A DNA stretch of 64,000 bases from Botryllus schlosseri (taxonomy: Eukaryota), in contig CM119382.1 of assembly GCA_051294905.1 (NCBI GenBank), positions 5,580,001 to 5,644,000 of the forward strand, written 5' to 3'. The notes under the pieces are model-generated. The model was not told where the DNA came from, did no database searches, and worked only from the letters and a program-made list of their open reading frames with translations. Shown here in pieces: positions 36,501-50,970 of the stretch; positions within the stretch are counted from its first letter, which is position 1; each line of letters begins with the position of its first letter. The position numbers were made by a program, and so were the translations under genes.

Positions 36501-39500
36501 TCCTGCACTAGTTTCCAGGTCAACATTTTGAATTGCACATCAAAAATATGAATCAAGTTTCCCTAGCAGTTAAATTACTGAGACAAGATATAAATTTATA
36601 TCCCACACAGTCATTTAAATCAAGCCATATTTCTTAATATAATGTACTTTGACTACTACCCTTTGGTTTAGTCTTAGAAAACATTGAATTTTGAGGTCTA
36701 ATTGTTATGATTCCCGACTTATCAATAAAAACATCTGTAATAAATTATCCACGGCAGCATAAGGGGCGATAAGAACAATGTTGAATCGTATGAACTGGAT
36801 AACATTATTCGGATATCCGCAGTTTCAAAATCCGAAAATAGAATTCGAATTATTGACCAACGCATAAAAAGTGCCACATCAGCCACGCAGCCCACAACCG
36901 AACTCTGATAACCCAAAAGTGCCGCATAAACTGAAGCCACGCTAGCGGATAACCTTAGAGATCAGAATTTTTAAAACAAGCACAATGACCAAGTGCGTCA
37001 GTCAAATTAATGTGGCATGTTAACCGGATATAGTTTTTTGAAAATCGCACCTAGTTGCAGCATCATGGGCAGTTTCCATTAGTCTCAAAGACGCACTCCT
37101 GTATTTCTAAATCTAGCAACCTACATTTGACTGCCAAGACTGTACGACCCACCGACCAAATCAATTTTATAAACTACCGTACTCTAGTACTTCTGTCCCT
37201 GTAATTTCTATCATTGAAATTGCAAGATACATTTTCGTGACTAGCGCAAAACGACCAACACCGACTACACATAGGTACAATCTTCAAAAACACTAAGTAT
37301 TCCACAAATGATAGGACTGCGTAAAAAACTAAAGATTCCGTCACCGTAATAAGGTTTCATGGACAACTATAAAATTATCAAGATTTGACAAATTAGATTA
37401 GATTTAGAAATCCTGTATTTGCAAAAACTTGGAAATTGATTTATATTCTGAATTAGCAATAAATCTCGCAAAGAACAACGTCAGTTCGTATCAAGTTAGA
37501 GTTCCAATCCCTGTACACCAGGCTAGTTTCGCACTACTGTTTTCAGGAAAACCAGAAATTGATTAGAATTATAATTAGAGCATAGAAACATTTCACAAAT
37601 AATGGATTAAAATTTGAATTAAAGCAAACTAGATTACCAGCATTTCGTTTAACTTGTCCAAGTTTAAAATACACGAGTGTACATTATACAAGAAAAAAAA
37701 CTTACCCGTAATGAACCAGAAACCGGACCAGCTCCGCGTGCCCCGCGCAGACCGCGTTATGCAACGCCGTGATACCTTCGTCGTTGGCCCCGCTCGGGTC
37801 CGGCACCCTGTCTATGATATCCCTCACCAGTTCAAACTCCCCTTCCAAGGACGCGTCCAGCAGAAGTGCCAGCGGGTCAAAACGAATTCGTATCCCCTTC
37901 GGAATAAACCCGGGTTTTTTCAAGTTACTTTTCGTCGGGACTTTGTCGAAAGGCAGCTGGGGCACGACTATGGTCGGACCCGTCCCGGAAGAAACGTCGG
38001 AAGCGGCGTCAAAATCCGCCGGGACCCGCGGCGGTTCCTCCGGGGCAGGCTGTTCTTGCATGCGGCTGAAAGCCTCCGTGATTTTACGCAGGTTTTTCTG
38101 CTGCGACGCAGACGCGTAATCGGCCGTGGACGAAGTCACCGGGGCCGGCGGCGGGGGCCCGGATTTAACATCGGCGGGCGGGACGTACGCTGGCGGCGGG
38201 ACGTCCGGATGCGCCGCGGCTGGGGCCTGATCGCCACCGGGCCTGTAAAACGGAGTGTCCGCTTGTTTATATATCTGCTCGTATATAGACTTTGGTATGG
38301 CGGGGCCTTGCGGACGCTCCTGCTCCGTTATAGAGCTGCGCTTTTTCAAAGGCCTGGGGGCGTGCGCGAATTTCCGCCTCACCGCCTCAAAAGTAGACGA
38401 TTCTCCGGACCTGGACCCGTTCGGGTAAGGCGGCGGGGGGTGCCCAGCCGGAGGCTGCGTGTACCTAATATTCCCGTCCGGCAGGACAGTGACATTGGAT
38501 GGTAAATACGATGGTGTTTTCGGTGCTGGTGGTTGCTTGTATGCGAACAAATTAATGCCGCTGTTCGGTTGCGCGGCGGGGCTACCATTACCCGGGACCA
38601 TCGGTCTAACCGTCGCTTTCGGACTTTCCCCGGGCAGCTGCGATTTCTTTTCAAAAGCGGCCCGGTTGGCCGCGAAATTACTCCCTTGCAGATTATCGCT
38701 ACTCGCGGACTTTGCGAGCGCCGGTTTTTGATTAGCGGCCGTGTCTGGGGCACTGTACGTGTTCTGCCGGGGATACCCGGGTCTGTGCGTGCCTTCCGGC
38801 GCGGGCCTGTGCTTCATGTGTAAAGCGTCGTATTCCTCACGGGCCTTTCTCTCCGTGGCTTGCTTTAAAGGTTCCACCGCGGCCACTATAGTGTGCATGG
38901 GCGTCGAGGGCGCGGCGTACTGCTGCGCTTGAGACTGCCCGCTCGTATTATACTGGTCCTCTGGCAGTCCCGCCACTGCCTTCTTCTTTTTTAACCTATC
39001 GTTCAGATCCTCAATCTGCCTGTCCAAGTCTCTTGCGTCCTCGTTCCGTTTCTTTAACGCGTTACGTTGTTCGTCGAGCCGTCTCTGCTGTTCGTTATTC
39101 ATCAAGTTCAGAAAGTCGAGTTCCTTTTTTAGTTTCTCCAGCTCCGAGCCGGTCTCGGGGGCCTTGTCGACGCCCTGGTTCTGTCGGTCGTCCTGGGCCG
39201 GGGCGGCGCCAAGCTTGTGGTTTTTCAGCTGCTCTAGCTGCTTGGTGAGGTCGTCTACTTTGGTGATGGCACGCGTCAGTTCGTTTTGTTTCTCTTCGAA
39301 CAGCGTGCGGACGGCTTCCAGTTCCACGGACAGCGTGGTGTTGTCGTTTCTGCGAAATGAGAGACCCGTCACTTTCATCACGACAAAAAATTCCGCGCCA
39401 CCCGATTACAAGTAAAAGAAGCGATTTCCGAGAAAAGTCAAAGCTACTTCCAAGTAGAGAATAGAGAACTGAAAAGCACTCAAGAAACCAGTTTTCAGAA

Positions 39501-42500
39501 GTAGATTAGGTCGAGACGTCCCATACTTTTGGTAGTCGATCGAAAGCATATAGTTACTGCGCAAAGGGGGCTTTTTCGCTCCGTCGTTACAAGAGAGCAT
39601 TCAAAGTCTAAAAAGCACGTAGTTTCGCCCAAAAAAACTGCAGAAGTGGAAACAGTTGGGGAGCATAACCACTCAAGTAGTGCGAGAGAGAATAACCTAC
39701 TCAAGTACTCGGCAGGGTTGTGATGACGAGTCATGACTCGATTCGAGTCGATTACATGGTGACTCGAGTCAATTTTTGTATTGACTCGACTTGTACTCGA
39801 GTCATTGTGCATGACTCGAACCAAGTCATATGACTAGAGACTAGGACAGTCAAGACAGACATTTCATTGTAACTTCGAAGAATAGTAAAGTCACCACAAT
39901 ATTGGTATTTCGCCTATCAGTACTGGTACTTGGAAAATAGAGCCAGAAACTGTTGAGACTGAGGTATGAATGCGTGCCATTTTATATCACTCGAGCAGAG
40001 TTGAAAACAGTGGGTTGAACCGAATTGAACTGAACAGTGAACAGGATGACTCAGACTCGAGTCAAAACACTATGACTCGGACTCGACCCTCTACTCACTG
40101 ACTTGGACTCGGTGGTGAATTGAAAATGACTAAACTTGACTAGAGTCAAAACTATAAAAGTGAGATTGACTCAGAACGTTGTGACTTGGTTACACATTCA
40201 AAATCGACCACGACTTATATAACATGAAAATTCTGTGATCCATCTCGCGAGATTTCAAAACAGATTCATCGTACGACCAGCTACTGCCAGAGCGAGCCTA
40301 CCTTCTCTGATCCAGCTTCCCTCTCATTGCCCGGATTTTTTTCAGCTTGGCTTCCTGCGCCTCGGCCTTCTCCCGGAGACGTTTCAAACGGTCGTTCTCG
40401 CCCAGCAGGGCCTGCTGCTGTTGGGCCTGCTGCCGCAGGAAACGCAACCTCTGTTCTTTGCCGACGAGCGACTGCTGCTGACGTTCGATTTGAATCTGCT
40501 GCTGATGCGCTAAATCCTGCGGGCAAGACAGAGTTCAGTACGAATTTGGGTTTGTAATCTCGTGGCTTGTGCGATTTCGAGAATCCGACGACGGACGGGC
40601 ACTTGATTTTGTTGTACTGAACTAGGCACCACAATAATTTTACACGCACTTTACTGCAATACTTTGTAGTATGTGGCATTTTGAATATCCGACAATTCAC
40701 ACTCACTTGTTTTGTGGAACTCGGCTGCCCCACTATCATTTTACTTGAGCAATCATTTTACAGTAACAGTTTGTAATGTGTGCTGTTTTGAATATCCGAC
40801 AACTGACCGGCAGTGGTTGCTATACTCAACTAGGCGCCATATTGAGATTACTCTTCAAACAATCATTCTAAAGGAACATTTCGTAGTATAAGCCACTTTG
40901 AATATATCCAAAAACTGAAGACTATTGTTTTTGTTGTTATCTGGTTGTTTTTGTTGACGGGCAAGTTCTAGTTCTAGTTGCAGTTTTGAAAATTAGTTTG
41001 CCGATCAACTAAAAAACATGTGTCGTCATTTGGTGCGAATCGCGATACCGGGGTTCTGTTGCGAGATGTACTTGCAGTCATTGCTAGCTCAGAGACGTCA
41101 CTATAGTGACACAGCTAGGGGGTGCATTTTGGGGTCGGAACACCTCCCCTTTCGCACTCAAAACGCCGCCGTTTTGAAATGCCGTTTATATCTTCAATAT
41201 TTTCTGATCTCATTTGCTATTCGGTAAGTCGTATTTATTAGTAATTGGTTGTGTTTTAGTTTGCTAGCTGCGGATTCTCAAAGGTTATTAGTTCTAGATT
41301 GAGAGCATCGAAAACTGAGTAGCTCCAGTTTTACCTCTAGTTGTGCATTTTGAAAATCCAATAGTTTGTTCACGTCTGTTGACGGCACAATTATTTGACA
41401 GCAATAGTTTGTAATATGTGCAGTTTCGAATACCGAACAACTGACAAGCAATTGTTCTTGCTGTAATCAACCATCAACCTCACCACGAGTATTTTACAAT
41501 AATTTCACAGTAATAACGGCGACCAGACTAGTGTTTGTTTATTTTATCATCAACAGCCAACACATATATCGAATATGAAACTCATTCACACGATGAACAG
41601 AAGACATTTCAGTTACCTTGAGCTCTGCCAGAGACAGGTTCCCTTGATTTACGTTCAACATTGATTGTTCGTTATTCCAGTTGCTGGAGCGATCCATCAG
41701 TGCGCCCGCGCTGCCTGCAATGTGGCGGAGGTAGAACTGGACTTCTGGGGCGTACGACCCCCATTGTTGCAAAATTGTGTAGGGTTTTTCACCTGAACAG
41801 TTGATCTCACGTTAGGATTGGTCACCCCATGAAATTACTCAAAGAAAGAGTGGCCCATATAGAACAAAATATACTGATCAAGTCGGGCATATTTTTCATA
41901 AACATTAAGCAACTTATCAGTCTCGGTCATAAATTGACATATAGCCCATTTACGAGTTCTTCAAATTTACGAAAATTATGGTGGACTATCAGCATTAGGA
42001 ATTCGATAATTCAATAGGACTAGACAGTTGACTGGTCAAGTGGTAGAAAAGTCACAGCATGACAACGCAAACTAACATCTCCCGGCGATAAGTGCGTAAC
42101 ACTCGCAACGCAAATAGTGCCCGATTAATGACAAATAAAGGACAACTGAGAAATATCAATCGAATAAGAGATGTACATGATTTAATTACAACATATCACA
42201 GCAAGGTAACTTCATGGCACGACTCATGACATTGTCAAAGACAATTCAATTTCAATGACACACAAAAATAACTACTATAAGAGGTAGGTATTGTTGTGAA
42301 ATGACGGATAGAACCCGAGGAGTCTTACATCAAACAATCTGAGGAAAGAAATATGCGGTTTGATCAAAAACTCAATTCATCTGCAGTAATCGCTGATTTC
42401 GGTCATCATTTCAATCGATTTACATAACCCTGACGAAATGATGCATCTTGGAACATCAAATGAAGCATTACCCTATTTAGCACAAAAATAATATATATAA

Positions 42501-43524
42501 CCTCATAATTACAGAATTATCTCCATTAAACACATCCAGTACACTCAATTACTCATCTCTTTATCAATTCAACAAGGTTTATGACTAATTTTCAAAACCT
42601 ATATCATTATCTCGCATACCGCAGCCACAGCATTTGAAATGTCTCAAGCAATTACCAGCCTAAGTTCATGACAATCCAGGGAATTACATTTAATCGCAGG
42701 CACATAGTATCCTATACTAACCATCATGATCAGTCATGCAATAAAATATTCAAGTATTTCTCATAACAAATTGATCTGATCCATCGTGAACTCAGACTGA
42801 TACAGAAATGTATTGAAGATTACCATTTCATTTATATGTGCATCCCAACTACACTAGTGCTCATTCTAATCCTTGCAAGTATGCACTCCATCTTTTATAT
42901 ATATATTCATACTTTTATGTTTTTACTATCACTTGTGTGCAGCACCCTAGTGTAAGTGTAAGTCGGAGCGGGGCCTACGATAAGTATCGTAGGCCCCGGT
43001 CGGAGGGATGATATATTGCCATATATGGTGCTCTATAAGTTATTTACTTATTGTTATCATAAATAAAACAGTACACCAGCTGAATCATATAGATACACTA
43101 AAAAATAGTAACACAATGGTACGAAAACACACTTTGATGGAAATTACAACATCCTCAAGGCAAATTATATAGTTTCATGAATAGCTCAACTGAATAAGCT
43201 AACGACGTAAATGTAGGAAATTTTGATTCACTAAACTTGTAATGTAATGGTTGCGTCAATTAAAGTACATATACCTCTAGTCTAGATCCCACTCTACATT
43301 AAAAATAGAATACAGCGCTCGACAGAATTCTGCCTACGATACATACCTTCGCTAACTTCTCTTTCATTGCCCCGCCACAACTCGGCCAGATGGCAGGCAG
43401 TCTCCCCGGGCTCGCGACATAGTTGAATCACATCCAACGCGGTCGTGTTGGGAGTAATGGGAACTTCTACGGCAGAATTCCTCTCGTCGCTCACGTACAC
43501 TTGAATTACCTTAGGAATCATCAT
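30576..43524 (-). CDS. ASPP family protein (apoptosis-stimulating of p53; PPP1R13B/TP53BP2 co-orthologue)
   Basis: Exons 43524-43347, 41792-41617, 40516-40302, 39349-37706, 33612-33405, 31842-31718 and 30675-30576 join in frame (2646 nt, 881 aa). Domains: ubiquitin-like N-terminus (VEVPITP..LCREPGE), coiled coil, PPPPY, RIRF PP1-docking motif, ankyrin repeats ([23 protein letters not shown]) and SH3 ([26 protein letters not shown]). Confidence 0.93.
31430..31585. mobile_element. Partial GACTCGAGTC MITE
   Basis: Ends gagtcattacaacccag; internal family motifs present. Confidence 0.65.
33215..33372 (+). mobile_element. PLE terminal-repeat remnant
   Basis: gttgctgaca-gacgagtgtcagccgaaaatattcg..tatgaatata..aattgtatattgaagttctgcacc; internal deletion removes the start of the core. 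Confidence 0.7.
34073..34716. mobile_element. Palindromic hAT-type MITE (TAGGG termini)
   Basis: TAGGGGGTGTTCAAAAATGAC...GTCATTTTTGAACACCCCTA; long imperfect palindrome; 8-bp flanks atggacaa / atggacga. Confidence 0.88.
39713..40195. mobile_element. hAT-type GACTCGAGTC MITE, one end truncated
   Basis: Starts CAGGGTTGTG; the body matches 27267-27780; ends gtgacttggttaca. Confidence 0.8.
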
Positions 43525-46019
43525 TCGCCGGCAGTCGCTTTACAGTAGAATCATACTAGTTTTAAGTCTAAGCCCTAAATGTGTAATATTCACAGCAAAA
43601 TGAAGGCAGACCATTTTTGGGGACATACAAATACACGAAAAGAACGACATTCACATACGGCCCCAAAATTACGATGACTTTCACAATTATTCAAGTAGTA
43701 ACGCCACCCCTTTGTTGTTCAGCAATCAGGGTAAGCGGCGACGTAATCAAGGTAAAAAAGTACACAACACATCACTGTCATGACACAACAATATCCAGTT
43801 GTCAAATAGAAAATTCAGAATCGATGCATTCGAAAGGGAAAACCAGTGTTGTCCAATTGTAAACTCTATGACCGAATAAATGAAACCAGGCAAATTGACA
43901 TTGGATGATACTGTCACGCCAGGGTAGGGCTTAATCTGATAGCAGGCCTAGTGCAGATGACAACTTGCACACTGCACAGTCTTCAATGTACCAGCTGGTA
44001 ATGTGCACTTGAGACTGGGTTCAACCATTCAGTGACCAAATGTGAGATTGATGACAAGGAGATCGATCTTGAACTCGGGCACTGGGAATAAATAGAAGCC
44101 ATAACACATAGTGGATCAATTTCAACACCTAATCCTCTCAAGCCAGTATAAATGTGACATACGCAGCAGTATTCTATTCAATTCAGAAAGCCATCCAAGA
44201 TAGTGCACAGATCATAATATGTAGTTATCGTCATTGACAAGTGGAAACAAGCAGCAGCATATGATTCAATGCACTGTCTGAAATATGTAAACCCGAGTAA
44301 ATGTGAAGCACAAAACATCATCCCACGAACCAATCTTAACCAACTGGATATTTGCGATACCAAGTTGAGATACCCGCACAAACAATCGGGGCAAAGTTCT
44401 AACTTCTGCCGTCAAAGTTTCTCATTAACTATAGGTAGTGTCTGCACGTTGGGTACATCGGATTAAGTTCTTCTCAAGATAATCGAGTGGAATCACATTG
44501 AAGAGTGAGTCGATTTGGTTTACTTCAAATTAGATTCAACAATTCCACGGTTCAACAGCCTCTTGAAGGGGCGGGGATTACAAAGTTTCGGGTATAGTGT
44601 CTGCTATTGAGTTCCATGCTGAATTAATTGTTCGGAGTTTAATATCAACTGGTAATTATTCATGCTGGCGAGTATCTCAGCTATACTCAGCCGAAGCACG
44701 GCTCGATTCACCACAACCTAAAACTTCGAGCTATTCCTACTGCTGTGCAAGCAACAAATTCAACTATTCGAAACACTAAGCTGTGAAATATGACAAATGC
44801 CTTCATATCGATATGCCAGTCCGATGGACACACAAAAATTCGCAATCAAATAACCGTAATTACAGTAATTACAACACCAGAATTATGAAACCACAAGAAC
44901 GTATCCAAGAAATAATATCCAAACAAGGAAATAGCAAAATCTTGTTTTTGACACCGCAATATCACAGAATTAGTACATTGTTAAAGCAGCTATAATCGTA
45001 TGTTAAAGTCACTTACCCTAACTGAGATATTCAGAGGTGCAAAGAAGCGATATTTGCGGTGAAATAATTGAGATTCACCACCCATTGAAAGTTATGTTTT
45101 TAGTTGGAGTTGCTTTTTCAGACATTCCTGCAATAGTTTGGGTCACATTCGAGGAATATATACTTAAATCAAGTTAAAGAGTTGCATCAATCCAAATTGA
45201 GAATAAAGTTGAGATTTGAACCTTTGATGCTACGCGTGCTGAACACACAGAGATGAGTTTGATATGAAGTCTATTTTTGAAGTTTTTTGAACCCAGTTTG
45301 TGTTAATTTGATCACAAGTTTATCATTAATATGATTTGGGAATTACATATTCATAATCATACACAAGGATTGCCGTAGTGTTAGTTAACGGTTCCAAGAC
45401 TGAAAGATATTGGCTCAATTTGTCATAATCTCAATTTGATACTATTGCAGTAAATTACATCAATGGCACTGAAATTACTCCAGCATTTAAATACCGTAAA
45501 GCAGAATAAGTAAGGGTGTAGAAAGTCACGCACTTTAGATACTTGTTAAAGGCATGAAACGTATCCCATACTGGCATTCTACTGTAGGGCTGACAGGTAT
45601 CAAAATAAGTGGTGGTGATGTCGGCGAATACCCCAGCAAAATGCTCATGTCTTGAGATACCAAGGATATTCGGTAAGAAATGCGACTGGCCTGCCACCTC
45701 AGATCCAACATTTCAATTCCTAAATATTATCAAAAGTAAATACCAACTATTTGATTGGGAATTAGTTCTTCGCAATATCACCTAAAAAGAGATAAAGGGA
45801 ACAAAGTCTTTGTCGAAAGATGCTCAGTAAGTTCCGATGTGATATTCCTGCGATTTCAGGGGTCGGGTAGGACGCGGAATTGAAATGGCATGCAAGATTA
45901 AATAAGATACTTCGTTGCACCTACACAATATCGGTTTCACCAAACGACGAAAAGAAATTGGAAAATGGGAATATACAACAACAATGTCTCAAGGCCTTTT
46001 TTGCTGGACTTGAAAGCTC

Positions 46020-47192
<1,173 letters not shown>

Positions 47193-47412
47193 TCAGCGGT
47201 ATTAACCGACAAATAATCTGAATAACAGAATCAGACGAGCATTCAATATACAGTACTTTTAATACTTCCAAAAATTCTTGAAACAAATGTAGGCTACTAC
47301 AATTGTTTTCTACCGCCAAGAAGCTTTTCAAAGAATTTAGTCACTTTTCAAGATAATTTACATACAAAATGGCGAATGCGATTAATAAATATTTTGTCAC
47401 TTTTTCGACAGC

Positions 47413-47977
47413 AGGCAGACATCGAACAATGTTCACCATGATCACCAATAAATGTTTCTCATGACCACGTCAAAATAAATTTGCTTCGCATTGGGATTAG
47501 GGTCGGGGGAGAGAGATATTAGGCTGGATGAGGGGGGTATTAGGGATGGGGAGGGTGATATTAGGGTTGGGTAGAGGGATATTAGGGTAGGAGGTGGATT
47601 AGGGATAAGGTTGGGGTAAGGGTATCCCAAGATTGGGGTTGGGGGTGACGTGTATTAGGGTTGAGAGTATCGTGTCCTACCCCCACCCCTACGGTTCTTC
47701 CCACCCTAATCTTGGGATACCTAACTCACTTCCAACCATAATATCGCTCCTGTAAAACTATAATATACCCCATCTGGCCACCTTCAACCCTAATATCCCC
47801 CCACCTCCAACCCTAATCTTGGGATACCCTTACCTTATCCCTAACCCACCTCCAGCCCTATAATATTCGTCTGACCAAAGCAAAAAAAAATATTTTGACG
47901 CTTATAAATTTTGACGTCCTCACCATCACAGGAAACATTTATTGGTGATAATGGTGAACATTGTTCGACGTCTGCCT
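47413..47977. mobile_element. Shorter, related foldback-like element with TTAGGG-like arms
   Basis: Inverted repeat aggcagac(a/g)tcgaacaatgttcaccat..caccaataaatgtttc; G-rich then C-rich arms; shares the ccatga.caccaa.aaatgtttc motif and the central TATCGTGTCC with 53748-54776. Confidence 0.75.
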
Positions 47978-49889
47978 ACATCTAAGAAGCGCCAATATTT
48001 CTGCGTGTGAAAACAGTTTCAAGAACACTCTTTCTATAATTATAATCTTGCTATTTTTATATACACCAGTCACCATGGTTATACTCGACTGTTTTAGTCA
48101 GACTGGAAACCAGAGTTGTTGTCGGCAATATATTGCGCGTGACAGAAGGCTTTCTTACAGAATTATCACGTAATTAAATGGAAGATTGCGTGTGACGTTG
48201 CCATCAGTGCCAATGTGGATTTTATAGCAAATCTCCGGCAGTTACAAAAGTTCAAAGTTTGCTTAAGCTCGTTATATCTGCCATGGAATAATTTACAGTC
48301 ATATACACTCATGTAAAATGTAATACGGTATATAACTAACATAATCCGGTAAAGCGTTATCAGCGAAAGTATATACCGAAATGTATTTATTGTCATATCA
48401 CAGCACAGCTCACTGGGAGAAATGGCATCATATATTTGTTGTAAGATTTTTAAATCTCTTTTCTCAAGTGGTCTGACTGAGTGAAGGTTTTTACTGGTCA
48501 TACAGGTGCTAAATAGGCTACAAAAGTATATTCTTTATAAAGTTCATGTTTGAAAACGCTGAACAGAATACACATACACAGCACTATATTGTATCAAATC
48601 AGCGATAAAGGATTAGGTTTTAAAAACCAAGTAAATGCTGATACAGAAAAGGTCCGGATTCAACACTGAAAAAGTCCGCTATTTTGAGTATTATAGCCCT
48701 GATACACACCGTATACCCGTACGCGTATATAGGCCTAATACAACTTTTGATGCATTCTATCATCTATACCACTGTCTGTTTTAATCCTGACGTACTTTAG
48801 ACGAATAACATGATAATAATAAAGTTTTTCTAATTAATACCAATATGACGAGAACAACGAGAACGAGAAAATTACAACTTGCATAAGATTTTACTGGAAC
48901 GAAGGTATTCCGAGCCACGACGTAGCTATCAAAATGGTCACGAAACTTGTCTCCAAGGAGAAAATGACTGCAACACCGCATCATATTTTCGGAATGCGAG
49001 TTTTATTGCACGAATGAATGTGACTGTTAGTTGGAATATTAAAAATACAACAAATTATGCCTTTTAGGATCTTATTAGTATCGTCGGGAATCATTAAGCC
49101 GCAATAGCTTGAAAAGGTGTGGTACAGATCTGGCAAGAACAAAATCAATACCCTTCGCCAGGCTAACCCGCCCGACGGGAGATGACGTCATATTATACGG
49201 TACATCACACTGGCGAGAATAGAGCATTCTTGGCGCGAAATTGTCGTGCGGACTCCAAAACTACCAAAATATTATGTTCAATTTACCAATTGCGCATGAG
49301 TATTGAGTATGTAAAAAAACACTCAATATCACGAAAAATTAATTCAAAGAGAGGTATCTACTTTCAACGGCTACTTCACCTCGGAGTCAAAAGCGTACGA
49401 GCGTAACAATTAATTTACAGCGTAAATTACGAATTCAACTAGCCATTTATCATTATTATTGGGTATTGGGCCATTACCGCGCCACGACACACCAAGACAT
49501 ACAATCAAGTTTTAGGCCATATAACATGCGACTCCAAGAAGTGTGCCAGAACGATTGGCAGCGAGAAAAGCTTGGCCGAAAAGGTCTATGCCCTTATGCA
49601 GATTAAAGACTTCGCTGTATATACAAAATGCATGTAGGTTTAATTGTCCATAGGCGCCTAAATGACTGGTGCCGAATGTTCCTGTCTTTGCAATCTGAAC
49701 CTCACAAGACAAATACCATCCCGCTGGGAAAAATTTTATGCCAGTGAAGAAATACCAATTTGAAATCGTGTGCGTCTCTTAGTTTAGAAGCCTACGTTTG
49801 GGCGGTTCTATATTTTTTGGTATAGCAGACTGGAAGTCACGAAATAACATCATGTAACGAAGTTATATCAACGGTTCCGCCCGCCCGAA

Positions 49890-50970
49890 GATGTTTAATC
49901 ATTATTTACGGGCCCTCCCGTTTTCAAGACACTTCACTCAGCTCTACCGGTAAATCTAATTACGTGAGTAGAGAGGACAATAAATTGATAGCATATTATA
50001 TATGCAATCGCCGATCTGATTGACCAATTTTATCATAAATTATCGAGAATTTTCGCGCTTCGCGCCGGCTCACAATACAGTACAGGTAATTTCGTGACAA
50101 ACGCAAACAACGTGATGGGAGGGGGGCTTTTATGACCCTATGGCAGGGTTGTAACCAAGTCACATGGCTCCGAGTCACAAGTCAATCTCACTTTTATAGT
50201 TCTGACTCGAGTCAAGTCGAGTCATTTTCAATTCTCACCGAGTCAAGTCCGAGTCCAAGTCATCGTGCAGAGGTTCGAGTCCGAGTCATAGTATTATGAC
50301 TCGAGTCCAAGTCCAAGTCATTCTGTTGACTGCTCAGTTTCCAGTGAAAATTTTGCTAAATCCACTTTTATAACTATGTTTGGTGATATCAAATGGTTTA
50401 CATTATATGATACTATAATTTTCCTCACTTTAAGCAGTTTCTGGTCGCATTTCCAAGTACCAGTACCAATAGACGAAGTGCTAATAGGGTGGTTACGTTA
50501 CTATTCTTCGAAATTACAATGAAATGTCGGTCTCGGCCGTCTGAGTCTCGAGTCATATGACTTGGTTCGAGTCATGTGCAATGACTCGAGTCCAAGTCGA
50601 GTCAATACACAGATTGACTCGACTCGAGTCGAGTCATTTCCGTATTTTGAGAAAATGACTCGAGTCAAGTCGAGTCATCAGAAAATCGTGACTCGAGTCA
50701 TTACAACCCTGCCCTATGGGAGCCCAAGACCCACGTTTTGGGGGCCTGACGAGGTGCTGTTTCGTTCCTGCCAACGGATATACGCCCGAAGATTTTTAAT
50801 TATTATTGAGTGATCCTACCTTTTCAAACACACCTCACTCAGCTCTACCGGCCAATCTGATTACGTGAGCAGAGAGAAGATCAAAATTGATAACAATGTA
50901 TGCAATTCCCGATCATACTGACCGATGAAATCATGAATACTAGAAACTTTGCGCGCTTCGCGCGCTTAGG
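49890..50970 (+). repeat. Two diverged direct copies (~49890-50075 and ~50810-50970) of a repeat ending in cgcgcttcgcgc
   Basis: Both share cactcagctctaccgg..aatct.attacgtgag.agagag..tatgcaat..cgcgcttcgcgc; the 50144 MITE lies between them. Confidence 0.6.
50144..50711. mobile_element. hAT-type MITE rich in GACTCGAGTC palindromes
   Basis: TIR CAGGGTTGTAA / TTACAACCCTG; perfect 8-bp TSD CCCTATGG. Confidence 0.92.

Noticed and set aside
37654-39415. Long plus-strand ORFs over ASPP exon 4 (and similar ones over NSUN2, CK2 and STK40)
   Set aside because: Antisense shadows of GC-rich coding exons.
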